Positions 51,499 to 63,887 are shown, numbered from the whole stretch's first letter. The stretch: 63,887 bases of DNA, filler included, from Octopus bimaculoides (GCF_001194135.2; 9 parts of 8 records of this genome joined end to end with filler, not necessarily neighbours in it), one strand, 5' to 3'. Translations and numbers: made by a program. The notes: generated by a model not told the origin, from the letters alone.

Positions 51499-51918
51499 AT
51501 TATTATTATTATTGTTCAGTAGTTTTATTTTTATAACGTGCTTTCACTTCACTACCGAGCGCAGCTCTGTGTGCTTTGGGTATGTGCTGTGGATTGCTGT
51601 GATGCTCTTATGGTTACTGTATTGAAAGTGTTTTGCGTAGGATGTGTGCAGTGCCCAGTAGTACAATTTTCTGTATGTTATATATATTTGGTGTTTTTGT
51701 TATGTATTTGTCTGAATAGTTTTTATTATACCTAAGGCACCTACTATGATAGGAATTGTTTCTGTTTTTAGATTCCACGTTCGAGTTACCTCTATTTCCA
51801 GGTCTTTGTATTTTGAAAGTTTTTCCATTTCTTTTAGGGAAACGTTGACAACTATATCTGGTCTATTGGCGTTAATTTAATTTCTCTATCTGTGTGTATT
51901 GACATATCCCAGAGTATG
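51499..51918 (-). mobile_element. R4/Dong-type 3' fragment with (TAA)n on both sides
   Basis: TILWDMSIHTDREIK..NRPDIVV..KEMEKLSKYKDLEIEV..IPIIVGALG..IQKIVLLGTAHILRKTLSIQ*, then 3' UTR. Confidence 0.85.
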
Positions 51919-51990
<72 letters not shown>

Positions 51991-52010
51991 GTTGTTGTTG
52001 TTGTTGTTGA

Positions 52011-55005
52011 TGTTGCTCGGTCTTGTTCACTCTGGCTTATTCTGTGAGAGCGGAGAGCAGCCTGTTGTCAGAGGTCTCACAGGGTCTCTTTCCGCACATT
52101 ATAAGCTTTGATAATTGGATGTTAATTAACGTGGAAGACATGCAACATCCAAGTACCAATCTCAAAATCTTAGCTGTCCCCAGCAGAGCAGTTTTTTGGG
52201 CCTGCTCTTCTCTCATGTCAATCCCAATATATTTCTCGAACTTGGTTGTTAGTGCTCCGAGTATCCATATAACTACTGGGATGATAGACACTGTCCTCAT
52301 AGTCCACATTCTTGCAATTTTGTCTTTTAGTAGTCTGTACATTTCTTTCTTTTCTAGTTCTTTGTCGCTTATGTCTGCATCCCCAGGCAGTGCAATATCT
52401 ATAATCTTGGTTTCTTTTTTCCCTTTATCTCTCACAACAATGTCTAGTCTCCGAGCATCGATTTGGGAGTCACACTGGATTGTAAAATCTCACAGTATCT
52501 TATATTCATTGTTCTCGGTGACCCCTTCTGGTTCAATCTCGTACCATTTTTGTGCTCTGTCCAAACCATACTTTTCACATAGTCTCCAGTGAACGAACTT
52601 AGCCACGTTATCGTGTCTCCTTTTGTAGTGCTTTTGGGTTAGCCTGCTGCACTCACAACATGTGAAATTGTTTCGTTTTTGCTGCCACACATCCAACAAA
52701 GGGGCGATTCGCTGCTCTTATCTATTTGGATAAGTTTTCAGTGCTTGTTCCTGGGTGCTGCATATCACTGCCTCAGTGCATCTTTTCAGATCACTTTTTT
52801 TAGCCATCTTCAATTGTTACTTTTGTATTTTCCTTCGATTTCTCTGAGGTATTGCACACGCAGTGATTTCATTTTCCAATTATTTATTATTTCTTCTTCA
52901 CCTTGTTTCTTAAATGTTTGTGAGTGCATCACATTTTCGGTAGGTATTGTATTGTTAATTCTAACAGTGGCAAGTAAGGATCCACTCTGCTGTTTGATAT
53001 ACCATCCCAGACTGTTCTTCTCGTTGACGGCACAGATCTTGCATCCTACAAAGCCTCTTCTTCCCTTGTTCCTAGGCACATACAGCTGTCAATATAGCTT
53101 TTTGAGTTTAGTTCCTTGTTAATTGTCATCACTTTTCTGGTTTTCCGGTCCATTTCCTTAAACTCGCTTTTTGCCCACCTAACAACACCTGCACCATATC
53201 GCATTAATGAAACAGCCCATGAGTTCATTGCCCTGATCTCGTTTTTGCCATTGAGCCTACTTCCCATAATTAATTTGGTTCTTCTGAGATATTCCCGCCT
53301 AAAGCTTTCCTTCATATTTTCATATTCCAAAATACCCAGATACTTATATCAATATCCTTGATTTTCTCATCGATGCGTAGTTCTACGCCATCAGACAACA
53401 CTACTTTGCCTCCTGGTATTATAGGCATGCCACACATTTTAGTCCTAAATTCCATACCGAATTACTTCACTGTTGAAGCTAGGCCATTTATTTCATGTTT
53501 GGTCTTCCCAAAGATCTTTAAGTCATCCATATATAACAGATGATTTAATTTTCCTCCACCTTTCAAGGTGTACTCTGGTGTCACTTTCCGTAGTATCTGT
53601 TTGAGGGGTATCATACAAATCACAAACAGCAATGGCGAAAGGCTATCTCCCTGAAATATGCCTCTATTGATGACAACCTCCGCCAATAAAATTTGAGATG
53701 CTATCAGACACCTGTACCAGTTCAAGATTTTCTAAAATCCTGGAATGGGATACCATGTCATACTGGATGGAATAAAATCCAAGTAGTTAATACATGGGCG
53801 ATAACATTACTTCGGTATGGAGCAGGAATTATAAAATGGCAAAAGAGGGAAATGAAGAAAATGGATACCAAGAGTAGAAAAATGTTGACAGTACACAAAG
53901 CCTTCCACCCTAAGAGTGACACAGATCCACGCCATGCCCAACTTAGTAAATTTTTTCATGCAGTCGTTCAGTACCATTCTGTCTATCAGAAGTTGGTCTT
54001 TTGCCCCTCGGCTTCTCCGTCTGCATCCTTTTTGTTCCACTGACAGTTTTGTCATTCATTTCCAGAAAGTTATACACATAATTAGATATTATTCCTGTCA
54101 CCAGCTTCCACATCAGGGGCAGGCAGGTGATAGGCCGGTAATTATCCACTGTATTGCCTGTACTGGAATCCTTTTGGTGAAGAATTCTTTTACGTGTGGT
54201 CAGCCATTTTGGGATTTTCGCTCCGTTGTCGATAATTTTATCCACTTGCGTGGCTATTCTTCTGAGTAGTACTAGGAAATTTTCCAGCCAATATCCTTGT
54301 ACCCCATCCGGGACTGGGCATTTCCAGTTTGAGATCTTTGTTGTCTGTTCGGTCACCATTTCAGATGTTATTCTAATATTGCTCTGCTTCACTTCATATT
54401 TTTCCGACTTTAATTCCTTCAACCATTTAACATTTTTGTTATGGTGTCTTCCATTATCCTAGGTTTTACTTCAAAACCTCATACTTTCTTCAGCAGCCGA
54501 TCTCTCACTGCGCTTAACCTTTCCATTCAGCTGTTGATAAATCCATTTCTGGTCTTGGAACAATCTGTTGATTTTATATTGTTCAATCCTTTGGTCATGT
54601 CTCTTGATTTTTGTCGCTTTAGCCTGCAATCTTTGTTTCAGCTCTTCAAGAGCTACATTTTGCACCTATTCTTTATCCTATATCTACGTTCTAGTTCCTG
54701 ATATTTCTCCTTCCTTTTGATTTCACCTTTTTTCTTTCTTTCCAAGGTATTGGTATGTTTTCGAAGTTCATGTTTCGTAGTTCGTTCATTGATCGCTTTA
54801 TTCTTCTTTTCTACCAAGTGTCTTTTCCTTCATTCCCACTTTTATGGTTTGGTTCGAGGCCGACATTATTCCTATATAGATGATAAAGGCTTTAATCAAT
54901 CTACTCGTTCCACACCTTGAGCAAATTTCTATCTACTTTCCTGAATTCATTTATTTCAATATACAGGTTTTCCTCGATGATACTAGTAATGTCTTCAATC
55001 ATTCC
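52011..55005 (-). mobile_element. about 3-kb 5'-truncated R4/Dong-type non-LTR retrotransposon (RT, CCHC, REL), degenerate
   Basis: In order: NWKCPVPDGVQGYWL; NYRPITCLPLMWK; EQKGCRRRSRGAKDQLLID; LGMAWI//YDMVSHS; RGIFQGDSLSPLLF; LLYMDDLKIF; YLGILE; KRRHDNV; IIDIALPGD; KTALLGTAKILRLVLGC. (AAC)n(AAT)n tail. Confidence 0.93.
53763..53923 (+). mobile_element. inverted fragment of a related R4/Dong element inside RT motif A
   Basis: Plus frame GWNKIQVVNTWAITLLRYGAGIIKWQKREMKKMDTKSRKMLT..HPKSDTD, homologous to but different from the host element's own 53046-53330 segment. Confidence 0.8.
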
Positions 55006-55402
55006 TTATTATTATTATTATTGAGTGAGAGAGCAGGGCATGCCATCAAAGTGACACTGGGGTAAAATATACGAAGCCCAATATACCCATCATGACTACC
55101 CGTCTGATAAGGGTACACCAGGCACATGCATCACAACCATATGTGCGCGACATGGTGATCTCATATCAATATAAACAGCGCATGACCTCGCAGGTGGGAC
55201 CCAGTTAGAATGTTTTTCAGGTCGAGTAGCCCATCCCGCTCAAACGGTCCCTGAATAAGGTTTGTTTAAGGATGTTGAGCAAAGCACCCATGTTTCCAAT
55301 AGTGAATTATTCAAACCCCAAAGAATCCCTCTCAACACATGGCTATGATGCTCCCCCACTACTTCTGCTTATGATCACAGATGCACATATCGTCAGCCAC
55401 CA
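55006..55402 (-). mobile_element. second copy of the non-coding TAA-tailed repeat (cut by gap)
   Basis: Reverse complement of about 25975-26345, with (TAA)n tail at 55006-55022. Confidence 0.85.
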
Positions 55403-55502
55403 NNNNNNNNNNNNNNNNNNNNNNNNNNNNNNNNNNNNNNNNNNNNTTAATTAATTAANNNNNNNNNNNNNNNNNNNNNNNNNNNNNNNNNNNNNNNNNN
55501 NN

Positions 55503-55587
<85 letters not shown>

Positions 55588-56625
55588 ATACTGTACCAGT
55601 ATGGATTTACTTTTCATTGGCTTCCACTGATATTTTCGATGTTCATAGTTTTTATGTAGTGCTTTTTCTTCTGCCATCTCTTTTCTCTGTATAGAATATA
55701 ATACTATATAATTTTTAATCAAATTTTTGGGACGAATATTACATCAAAAATGGCTGAGATTTTTATATACTTAAGCTCCCACCACCTTTCCAAAGCTAGT
55801 TTTCAATTCATAACTGCGCTAGTTCGCATGTCTGTAAGCTTCCACCAATAAATGTAGCCTTACATATGAATAAATAAACTGTCTTATACATATGGTGATA
55901 TACATATGATATACATATGGTGATATACAGATATACCTACATACACACAAGTATGCACACAAACACATATACTCTCACGCACGAACACATGTTTATGCAT
56001 CTGAGACATGTGTATATACGTATCCGCACGTTTATGAATGTAGCGTATGTGTATTTGAATACATACACGTATGTATCCCTGTATGTAAGTATATACGTAT
56101 GCACGTATATATTGATGTATATATGTATGTATTTTACTGGTCTCTTTTACTGGTCCCAGTCACTTGGTTGCAGCCATGCTATGTTACTGCGTACGAAGTT
56201 TTAATGGATCATATTGATATCAGTAATTAATTTATTAATCTCTATCAATAGTTGCCCGTTTTGGAGACAAAGGACACAAATGTAAACTACAGCAGTTTTT
56301 AGTCCATGAATGTTTTCACATAAACGCACACAGAATATTCACGAACACTCTCATGGCTGTTTCCCTACGTAGACTATGATCGAGTTTCTTTTTTCAATCA
56401 TTCTTCATACGTTTTTAATTGACAAACACTGTTCTTCATTTTACAGTTGATCACACAAAATTCAATTGGTGTTGATGCATGTGGCCCTATCAAATGGTTA
56501 TTTTTCTACTTAACTGTGATATAAGTTTTTCTTGGCTTTTCTATTATTTCAATTCTAAATTTGGTGTCACTCTGAGCTTTGTGTATGTGTGTGTGTTTGC
56601 TTGCGTATAGGTAAGTGTGAATGTT

Positions 56626-56703
<78 letters not shown>

Positions 56704-56713
56704 CAGATAGATA
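56626..56713. repeat. (GATA)n microsatellite
   Basis: Direct repeat. Confidence 0.95.
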
Positions 56714-58000
56714 GATTTGTGTATGCATTTGTGGTTGAGTATAGGTAAGCGTGTGTGTTTGTGTGTTTGTAGTGGGGGCATCGATGGCACTTGACAAAAT
56801 CCGAGTGTTTAGTGTGTACGACTTCCAAAACTCTTCCCTTTGAATTGGACCACACCACATATTTTCTAGATACATAACACAAAATAAGAAAAATTCTGGT
56901 GATGTACACTGTGACAACGTCGTCAAATCGCTTTCTTTACTGTTGCCACTTCTCCCTCGGCCTCCTTATTTAATAATTTTTCATTCTTCTATCAACCTGA
57001 GTATCCATTATTACGACGAAGATGTCTGACAACTTATATTACTTACTGTATGAGATTTGCCCCGCAGTTAGATATTTTAACAAACGGTTAATTTGCATCC
57101 ACAAGAGAAAACAGATTCTTGTATCTTGAGATATCACTTCAATACATAACCTCATTAGCTTCAATTTCTTGAAGTCTTCTTATCGACTTGACACGCCTTA
57201 CCATTGGGTAAAGTATGTGATACTGAATATAGTCCGTGTAGGTTGGCTCGTTTACAACAGCTTATTAGAGGGATTTTACGTCATCAATAACATTTCCTTT
57301 AAATTTATACTGTAGAGAATTTCGTCTCTATCTTTCTTTCCCTTTAATCCCCTCCCACTCTCTCTCTCTCTCTCTCTTTCTCTCTTTCCCCAATCCTATA
57401 TACATACATACGTATGTATGTATGTATGTATGTATGTATACATAAGCATGATGGCTGCAACACGATTTCGAGTAATGCAATCGTTTGACTGTTCTTTTAA
57501 ACATGAGCAGCACAGATGTGGCCATGATTGGTGCCTATTGCAACAAGTGTTCAGAGAGCTTACCATTCATGCTGACAAATGTTTTAATTCCATCATTCTA
57601 TATTGGAATTTTTCATTGTGTGTTTTGCCTTTTTCAGCAATGACTAGTCACAGTATGCAAGTCATTATAGAGATGTTAAAAGTGATATTAAAGATCAAAC
57701 GATGCTTGTGACCGAAGTTTTTTAGAGCGAGGAAAAGCCTTATACAAAGCCAATCCCACTCTCTGAAAAACGTAAGCATATGCACAAAAAGAAAAATTAG
57801 TCTACATCTTTGGATGCAAACTAAGTCGCAGATTTTACATCAGTGTGCCTTTTCCTAAAGAGATGTATAAACGAAAACAAGGGATCTCTCAATCTCAATC
57901 GTTAATGGCTGCTAGGTGTCCAACAAAAATCACCTTCTTTACCAAGAAAGTTTGGTAGGTTGACGATTTAATCATGGACCGCCCATGTGTATGTATGTAC

Positions 58001-58117
58001 GTGGTAAGAAGCTTGCTTCCCAACCACATAGGGCGAGTGTCTTCTATTATAGCCTCGAGCTGACCAAAGCCTTGTGAGTGGATTTGGTAGGCGGAAATTG
58101 AAAGAAGACCGTCATAC

Positions 58118-58148
<31 letters not shown>
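58001..58148 (+). mobile_element. SINE family A 5' fragment
   Basis: gtggtaagaagcttgcttcccaaccaca..gtgtcttcta..accaaagccttgtgagtggatttggtag, then (TG)n. Confidence 0.8.
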
Positions 58149-58151
<3 letters not shown>

Positions 58152-58493
58152 AGGGCTGGCCCAAATTCACCTGACAGTAAATCAAAACTATTTAATTCCA
58201 AGATTAAAACAAAAACTTATTTTATCTGAGACTTCGCTAATAAATAGACAAATGCTGAAGAAAAAAATGATTTTAACTCATAAAATATTCAATAATGAAA
58301 CATTCATAATTGGAATGATTAAATAAAATTGAATATTAGGTATTTATGAATTCTGAATTACTGTCGTGTGANNNNNNNNNNNNNNNNNNNNNNNNNNNNN
58401 NNNNNNNNNNNNNNNTTAATTAATTAANNNNNNNNNNNNNNNNNNNNNNNNNNNNNNNNNNNNNNNNNNNNAGAGAGAGAGAGAGAGAGATGC

Positions 58494-58783
58494 GCCGGCA
58501 GTTACGATGATGTGTGTTCCAGTTGATCCGATCAACGCTTGTGAAATTAACGTGCAAGTGGCTGAGCATTCCACAGACACGCGTACCCGTCACGTATTTC
58601 CCAGGGAGATTAAGCGTGACGTCAAATGTAACAAGGCTGGCCCTTTGAATTTACACGTACGACTCATTTTTGCCAGCTGAGTAGACTGGAGCAACGTGAA
58701 ATAAAGTGTCTTGCTCAAGGACACAACGCACCGCCAGGAATCAAACTAACGAATACCCTAACCACGAAGCCACGTGCCTTCAC
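58494..58783 (-). mobile_element. SINE family B (CORE-like body)
   Basis: Reverse complement of head, tccttgagcaagacactttatttcacgttgctccagtc body and shared 3' region. Confidence 0.88.
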
Positions 58784-59084
58784 TTTTGTCGTGAATGGAG
58801 CAGTAATAAAGGAGGTATGGAGGACAAGTTTCTCTACCGGGCCAGTACACTCAGCTGGTCTTTTTCCTTACATGATGAAATATCTTTAAGGCTACAGAAA
58901 CCAACTGATTCCTTTAGGACTCCACACGTTAATCTTTTATGATTGGTCGTCTGATGTGAGTTTGGAAACTTTGGTTGAGTCCTGTATTTTGATTGTTCAG
59001 GAAATGTGCGAGATATGGATCTTGGATCCAATCGCGTTATGCGTAATACATTCTAAAACAACTAACCTGAACTATCGCTGGAAC

Positions 59085-59220
59085 CAGGGACGGACTGAGC
59101 CGAGGGCCCAGAGCTCTGAGGGGTCTGCACTATACATGTCAACTCTTTATTGATATAAATGCTAAAGGGCCCGGTAAACAGTTATGCCCGAGGGCCTTTA
59201 ATACTCTCAGTCCGCCCCTG
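59085..59220. mobile_element. hAT MITE, 136 bp
   Basis: TIRs cagggacggactgag / ctcagtccgcccctg (1 mismatch); exact 8-bp TSD GCTGGAAC at 59077-59084 and 59221-59228. Confidence 0.92.
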
Positions 59221-59284
59221 GCTGGAACCCACGTTTGCCTATATATAGAGTTAACAAAACCTGTATGATAGAGGGGTGAGAGAA

Positions 59285-59381
59285 TTTTCAGGAAGATGAG
59301 TCATGATATTTTCAGGAAGATGAGTCATGATTATTTTCAGGACGATGAGTCATGATATTTTCAGGAAGATGAGTCATGATA
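59285..59381. repeat. 4x 24-bp tandem repeat, each unit containing ATGAGTCAT (AP-1 consensus)
   Basis: (TTTTCAGGAAGATGAGTCATGATA)x4 with 1 substitution and 1 insertion. Confidence 0.92.
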
Positions 59382-59505
59382 ACGAAGCACTTGTAACCAA
59401 GGACAGCCAGAGATGAATTATCCAAACGATGGACGAACTATGCAACCACCAGAATCCGTAATGTGTTTATTTGGTTGACCGTATAAATTTAGCAGAGGAA
59501 TAAAA

Positions 59506-59786
59506 TCTCGCTGTTATTTAAAAGTTTGTTTCTTGTATTATTTCTACGAGTTAACACGCAACAATGTTATATAATGGTATGCAAGATATCTTAGTAAACC
59601 AAGAGAGACTTTATAACTACTCAGCTAAATATTTGTTCCCAATATCATAAGGCGAACAAAATTGCTGTGTACCATGCGTATATGCTGAGGTCACTCATTT
59701 ATTCATGTCTTACAATTGGGAAAGCATTGCTTGTCATCACCACCAAAAGAGGAAATCGATAAAGAAAAGAGTAGGTGTTTCCGAAA
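59506..59786. repeat. diverged duplicate of 60271-60548
   Basis: Collinear match from aatctcgctgtta to gagta.gtgt..ccga with scattered substitutions. Confidence 0.9.
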
Positions 59787-60104
59787 AAGAAACAAGAAAA
59801 AAACCTACACATTTTTCATGCGAAATTTAAGCGAGCTGCTCAAAAACGCCAATTTTTACTCCTAAAGACGATGCAACCGTACAAAATGAGGATGCAATTA
59901 CCTGCAATGTAATGAATTCAAACAATTAAAAAGAAAGTAACGAATTCGTGTATTTAGGGCAGTTTACACCATATTATAACTTATTAGTTACCGTTTTTAC
60001 AAAATCAAACTAGAAAACTGGACAGAACAGAAAACACAATTGAAAAAATTAAAAAGAAAAAAGACAAGAAAAGAGAAAAAGAAAAAGAGAAAAAAGAAAA
60101 AAAC

Positions 60105-62005
60105 TATTCACCACCTTGGGTTGAAAAGTTGGGAGCGCTGGGAAAACCCTCTAATGGCTATTGAGACACGCCTGCCGCGGGTGATGGCGAGTCTGATGCG
60201 CTGGAACAACCAAGCGCCCTCACGAGCCTCACCAGTTACCTCTTTAAGGTGAGTTGCCAGTGAAGACAGGAATCTCGCTGTTATCTTAAAGTTTGTTTCT
60301 TGTATTATTTCCACGAGTTAACATGCAACACATGTTATATAATGGTATGCAAGATACCTTAGTAAACAAAGAGAGACTTTATAACCACTCAGCTAAATAT
60401 TTGTTCCTAATATCATAAGGCGAACAAAATTGCTGTGTACCATGCGTATATGCTGATGTCACTCATTTATTCATGTCTTACAATTGGGAAAGCATTGCTT
60501 GTCATCACCAATAAGAGAGGAAGCAAATAAAGAAATGAGTAAGTGTCCGACCCCACCAAACGTCTCGAACGCCATAAGATGGAAAATGTAGTTGGCCGAC
60601 TGATCGCGGCATTTCAAGATTTTGTTCCGCTTTGCCGCAGAAGCTGTTGATCTAGCCCTGAGCGCAGCATCCAGTATGTGAGATGAATCAAAGGTGTTGG
60701 TAATTGTGACATTCCAGACAAGGCATCTGCCTTGCGACTAGGGGCACATGGTGAGGCTGTCAGGTGTCTCTCCCCATCACATCTAGACAATCCAGAGGGT
60801 TCCAAGATGGAGGGGATGGTTGCCCGGGTCAAGCCCCTCTTGAGTATCAGGTTCAACTCCGTATCACGCGCGAAGTGACCAGCATTCAGGTGGCAAGAAA
60901 GGCCATGGAGGCCTGTGGAGTCGAGGAGCCTGCCACAACGACAGATCAAACCCGTACATAAGTCAGTTTCCACTCAGAGGGCAATGGAGACACGAAGTTC
61001 GTCCAAGTTGAGTAGGCTACCAACATTAGCCACAGGCGTCAATCCAGTCACCTGAGTATTTTGGCACTAGCAGACAGTAAGCGGCACCTTGAAAACTGGT
61101 CCGACTGGATGAAGAAGGAGTCGAAGATAGCCTTTGAAATTATGTTGTCCCAAGCTCTCTGACTCCGACAGTCCTCCACCTTCTCAGGAGCAGATAAGCC
61201 CGGTTCCCTCCAGTGTTGGAGAGCTTCAGCCAACTCCCTGTTGGAACTGGTCCATGTTGGAGAGGAGAGGATGTTGCTCACCAGGGTGGAGCAGGCGTGG
61301 GTAGAGGAAAGGAAAGGGGGAGAGAGGGACGAACACTTACGAAGACCAAGACCTCCAAATTGCTTGAGCAATGTAGCATGATCACGGGACGCTGGAGAGA
61401 GTCTGACATTGACTAAGCATTCGAGTTTCTCAAAGATTAGGTTGTCGAAGTGTTGGAGGCAAGATGGGAATTGGTAGGATGAGCTGACTCTGAGTAAATA
61501 TAGAAGCTTAGGGATCAAGAGGTAATTCCTAAGTATGAAAAAAACCTTGATGGAGTTCGATAGCTTCAATATTTTTCAGCAATTGCTCAAGGGCAGCTAC
61601 CTTCGACTGGAAAATAGACTCAAAGGCAAGGTCAGTGGTTGGGGCATCTAAAGAGCACCAAGCCGATGGGAGAGGGACTGCAATGGAAGGGAAGGACTCT
61701 GCAAAAAGGACAATAGTTGGTTGATACTGAGAAACCAGGTGGTTGAGGATTCAGAGCTCACATTTGGAGCTGTTTACTTGGAAACCCCGGCAACCAAGCT
61801 CTCCAACCATCATGTTTGTAATGGCAAGAACCCTGTCTGGAGGTCAACCCAAACAAGCATCGTCGAGATACCAGACGTTGAGTTCTAACTCGACGCCCAT
61901 TTTGGTGATGTCATCAATGCCTAGTACGAACAGCGCGGGCCCGAGTGGGTCGCCCTGTCGGACTCCTGAAGCGGAAGTGATGATTTGGTCACCAAAAGCT
62001 CAAGT
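60105..62005 (-). mobile_element. CRE-clade non-LTR retrotransposon, 5'-truncated, degenerate
   Basis: GVRQGDPLGPALF..VWYLDDA; IPKLLYLLR; GGLGLR; CRCG..GLHGLSC..H; AFETFG; WLFQRIRLAITRG. This RT + zinc knuckle + REL pattern with WYLDD is typical of CRE elements. Confidence 0.85.
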
Positions 62006-62320
62006 CCGGCGTTACCGGCCGTAGAAATCAGAAATTACACATTTTACTCCGGTTACTAATTATATCCACCCTCCACGCTCCACTAAATTTCGTAGATATC
62101 ACAGTAATATACAGAAATTTAATCCACGTCTGTGGTTTGTGTGCATATGTTTTGCACATTTATGGTGTTTGGATGCATTAATGTGTGCTTATAATTTTTG
62201 CCTAAACTGTTTGCTTGCCTCTGTATGTGTATTTTAAGCATGTTAACCTCATACATGTGCGTATACACGTGACTTCGGTTTAACAAGTGAATGCGTGGTT
62301 CTTTCTGTGTGTTGTGTGAA

Positions 62321-62382
<62 letters not shown>

Positions 62383-63817
62383 TGTCTTCCCACCGCCTCA
62401 CTTCCGTATTTTATTTGTTAAAAGGCGTTATTGATAAATGGGCTTCCGAATTTGAATATTGACTTCCAGACAAACCAATAAACAAATATGATTAAATAAA
62501 TAAATAAATAAATAAAATTGATTATAGTAACGACAATAGTCATCATCATCATCGTCATGAAATTAACAACAAACAACAAACTTCAAAAAGACAAAAGAGG
62601 AGAAAACAAAGAATGTGATGTTATTGCGTTATTTTTTTTTCCCATGCTAAAGTTGGAATAAGGGAANNNNNNNNNNNNNNNNNNNNNNNNNNNNNNNNNN
62701 NNNNNNNNNNTTAATTAATTAANNNNNNNNNNNNNNNNNNNNNNNNNNNNNNNNNNNNNNNNNNNNAAGGATAACTCAACAGAGTTTATTGGCAAACAAA
62801 GTTTTATCAGAGACAACAGTGCAATTCCACATGGCCTCCAATGGCTGCACACAATACATCTACATGATACAATATGATAAACTGTAGATGTAAAAATAAT
62901 TTAAGAACACACTGTATGTACAAAAGGCTTCCTTCACTTTGTGTGTCATTTAGTTGGTCTGGGTTTATTAGAGAGTAGGCTATTCATATTCTTTTTCAAA
63001 TTTTGTTGAAATAGGTAAAGTAAACATGAGATCTTTCTATATCTCCTGCATAGATTTATATACATTACACCATTTTTTTCATATGGTATGGACACGCCTC
63101 TGATATTTCATAAGGTGATAATCACTTATAATACACAAATTTGTAGCCTGAGGCCTCTCTGATAAGAACACTCTTAGGGTCAAAAATCGATTAAATGTGT
63201 TTATCATCCTTTCAATCTGAGGGGACATAGGTATATTTAACATATTTGTAAATCCACTACACACACACACACACATGCAGCCACACACACATTCATACAC
63301 ACATATGTCTATATAAAACTATATAAAAACTAATTTAAATATTTATGAGATTGTTCAGAATTATGCTTCTCTTCATTTTTATATCAATTGCCAAAATACA
63401 ACAATTATTTTTATGTGAGTGTGTGTATATGTGTGTGTAGGCAACAGAAAAATATCTAGTTATAAAGATATTAATATACATGTACACTGCAAATAAATAC
63501 ACATGTGCATATATACACACTTATATACACAGATGTGAATGTGTGCGTGCGTGTGCGTGTGTGTGTGAGTGTGCGTCTATAAGTCAGTCTGAGATTTCTT
63601 ATTATACTATCTTAACTAAATCAAGGAAATTAATGTTGCTCTGTGAACTCTTCTGAAGAATATCAGCGTAGTCTATTGAATTCTTTAAATTAAATATACG
63701 AGTCTTAATTATATATCTCTGTCTATATATATTTATCTCTCTATGTATATATGTTCATATATTTGTACTGATATGTACAAACGTATATCTATATATAGAT
63801 TTGTGTATATGTATATA

Positions 63818-63887
<70 letters not shown>

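Noticed and set aside
56770-57720. Several minus-strand splice-like signals (ATG|GTAAGG, ATG|GTAAGC, ACA|GTAAGT)
   Set aside because: Candidate exons contain stops or give unrecognisable peptides, and no coherent gene model emerges.
358-58783. tRNA genes
   Set aside because: A/B-box segments are SINE heads followed by SINE bodies; none forms a complete cloverleaf with a terminator.
13416-62722. Eight regularly recurring TTAATTAATTAA motifs embedded in N runs
   Set aside because: Each sits at the centre of an N44-12-N44 block of 100 nt with stops in all six frames. This is an artificial scaffold linker, not biology.

Overview
AT-rich, gap-ridden eukaryotic draft sequence (roughly 10% N). It consists almost entirely of microsatellites and transposon remnants. 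The SINE families, degenerate mariners and simple-repeat load suggest a coleoid cephalopod, probably Octopus (inference, not checked against a database). I find no supportable host gene, true tRNA/rRNA gene or CRISPR array, and most ORF-track entries are microsatellite or N artefacts. Supported content: (1) about 30 copies or fragments of three modular tRNA-headed SINE families; (2) three degenerate mariner elements, one maT/DD37D-like fragment and two hAT MITEs with exact 8-bp TSDs; (3) many R4/Dong-type REL-endonuclease LINE fragments sitting in (TAA)n tracts, including a 7-kb co-oriented stack at 48.3-55.4 kb; (4) RTE, CRE and Penelope GIY-YIG remnants; (5) two long fold-back palindromes; (6) eight artificial 100-nt scaffold linkers. 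The most interesting signal is RNA-level: several minimal type I hammerhead ribozyme motifs of the Penelope/retrozyme dimer type. One lies in the 3' part of a tRNA-headed SINE (27.8 kb) and one has an unusually long helix II (17.9 kb). There is also a head-less, non-coding, TAA-targeted repeat (two copies) that may parasitise the R4/Dong LINEs. All coordinates were read by eye; those of decayed elements are approximate.
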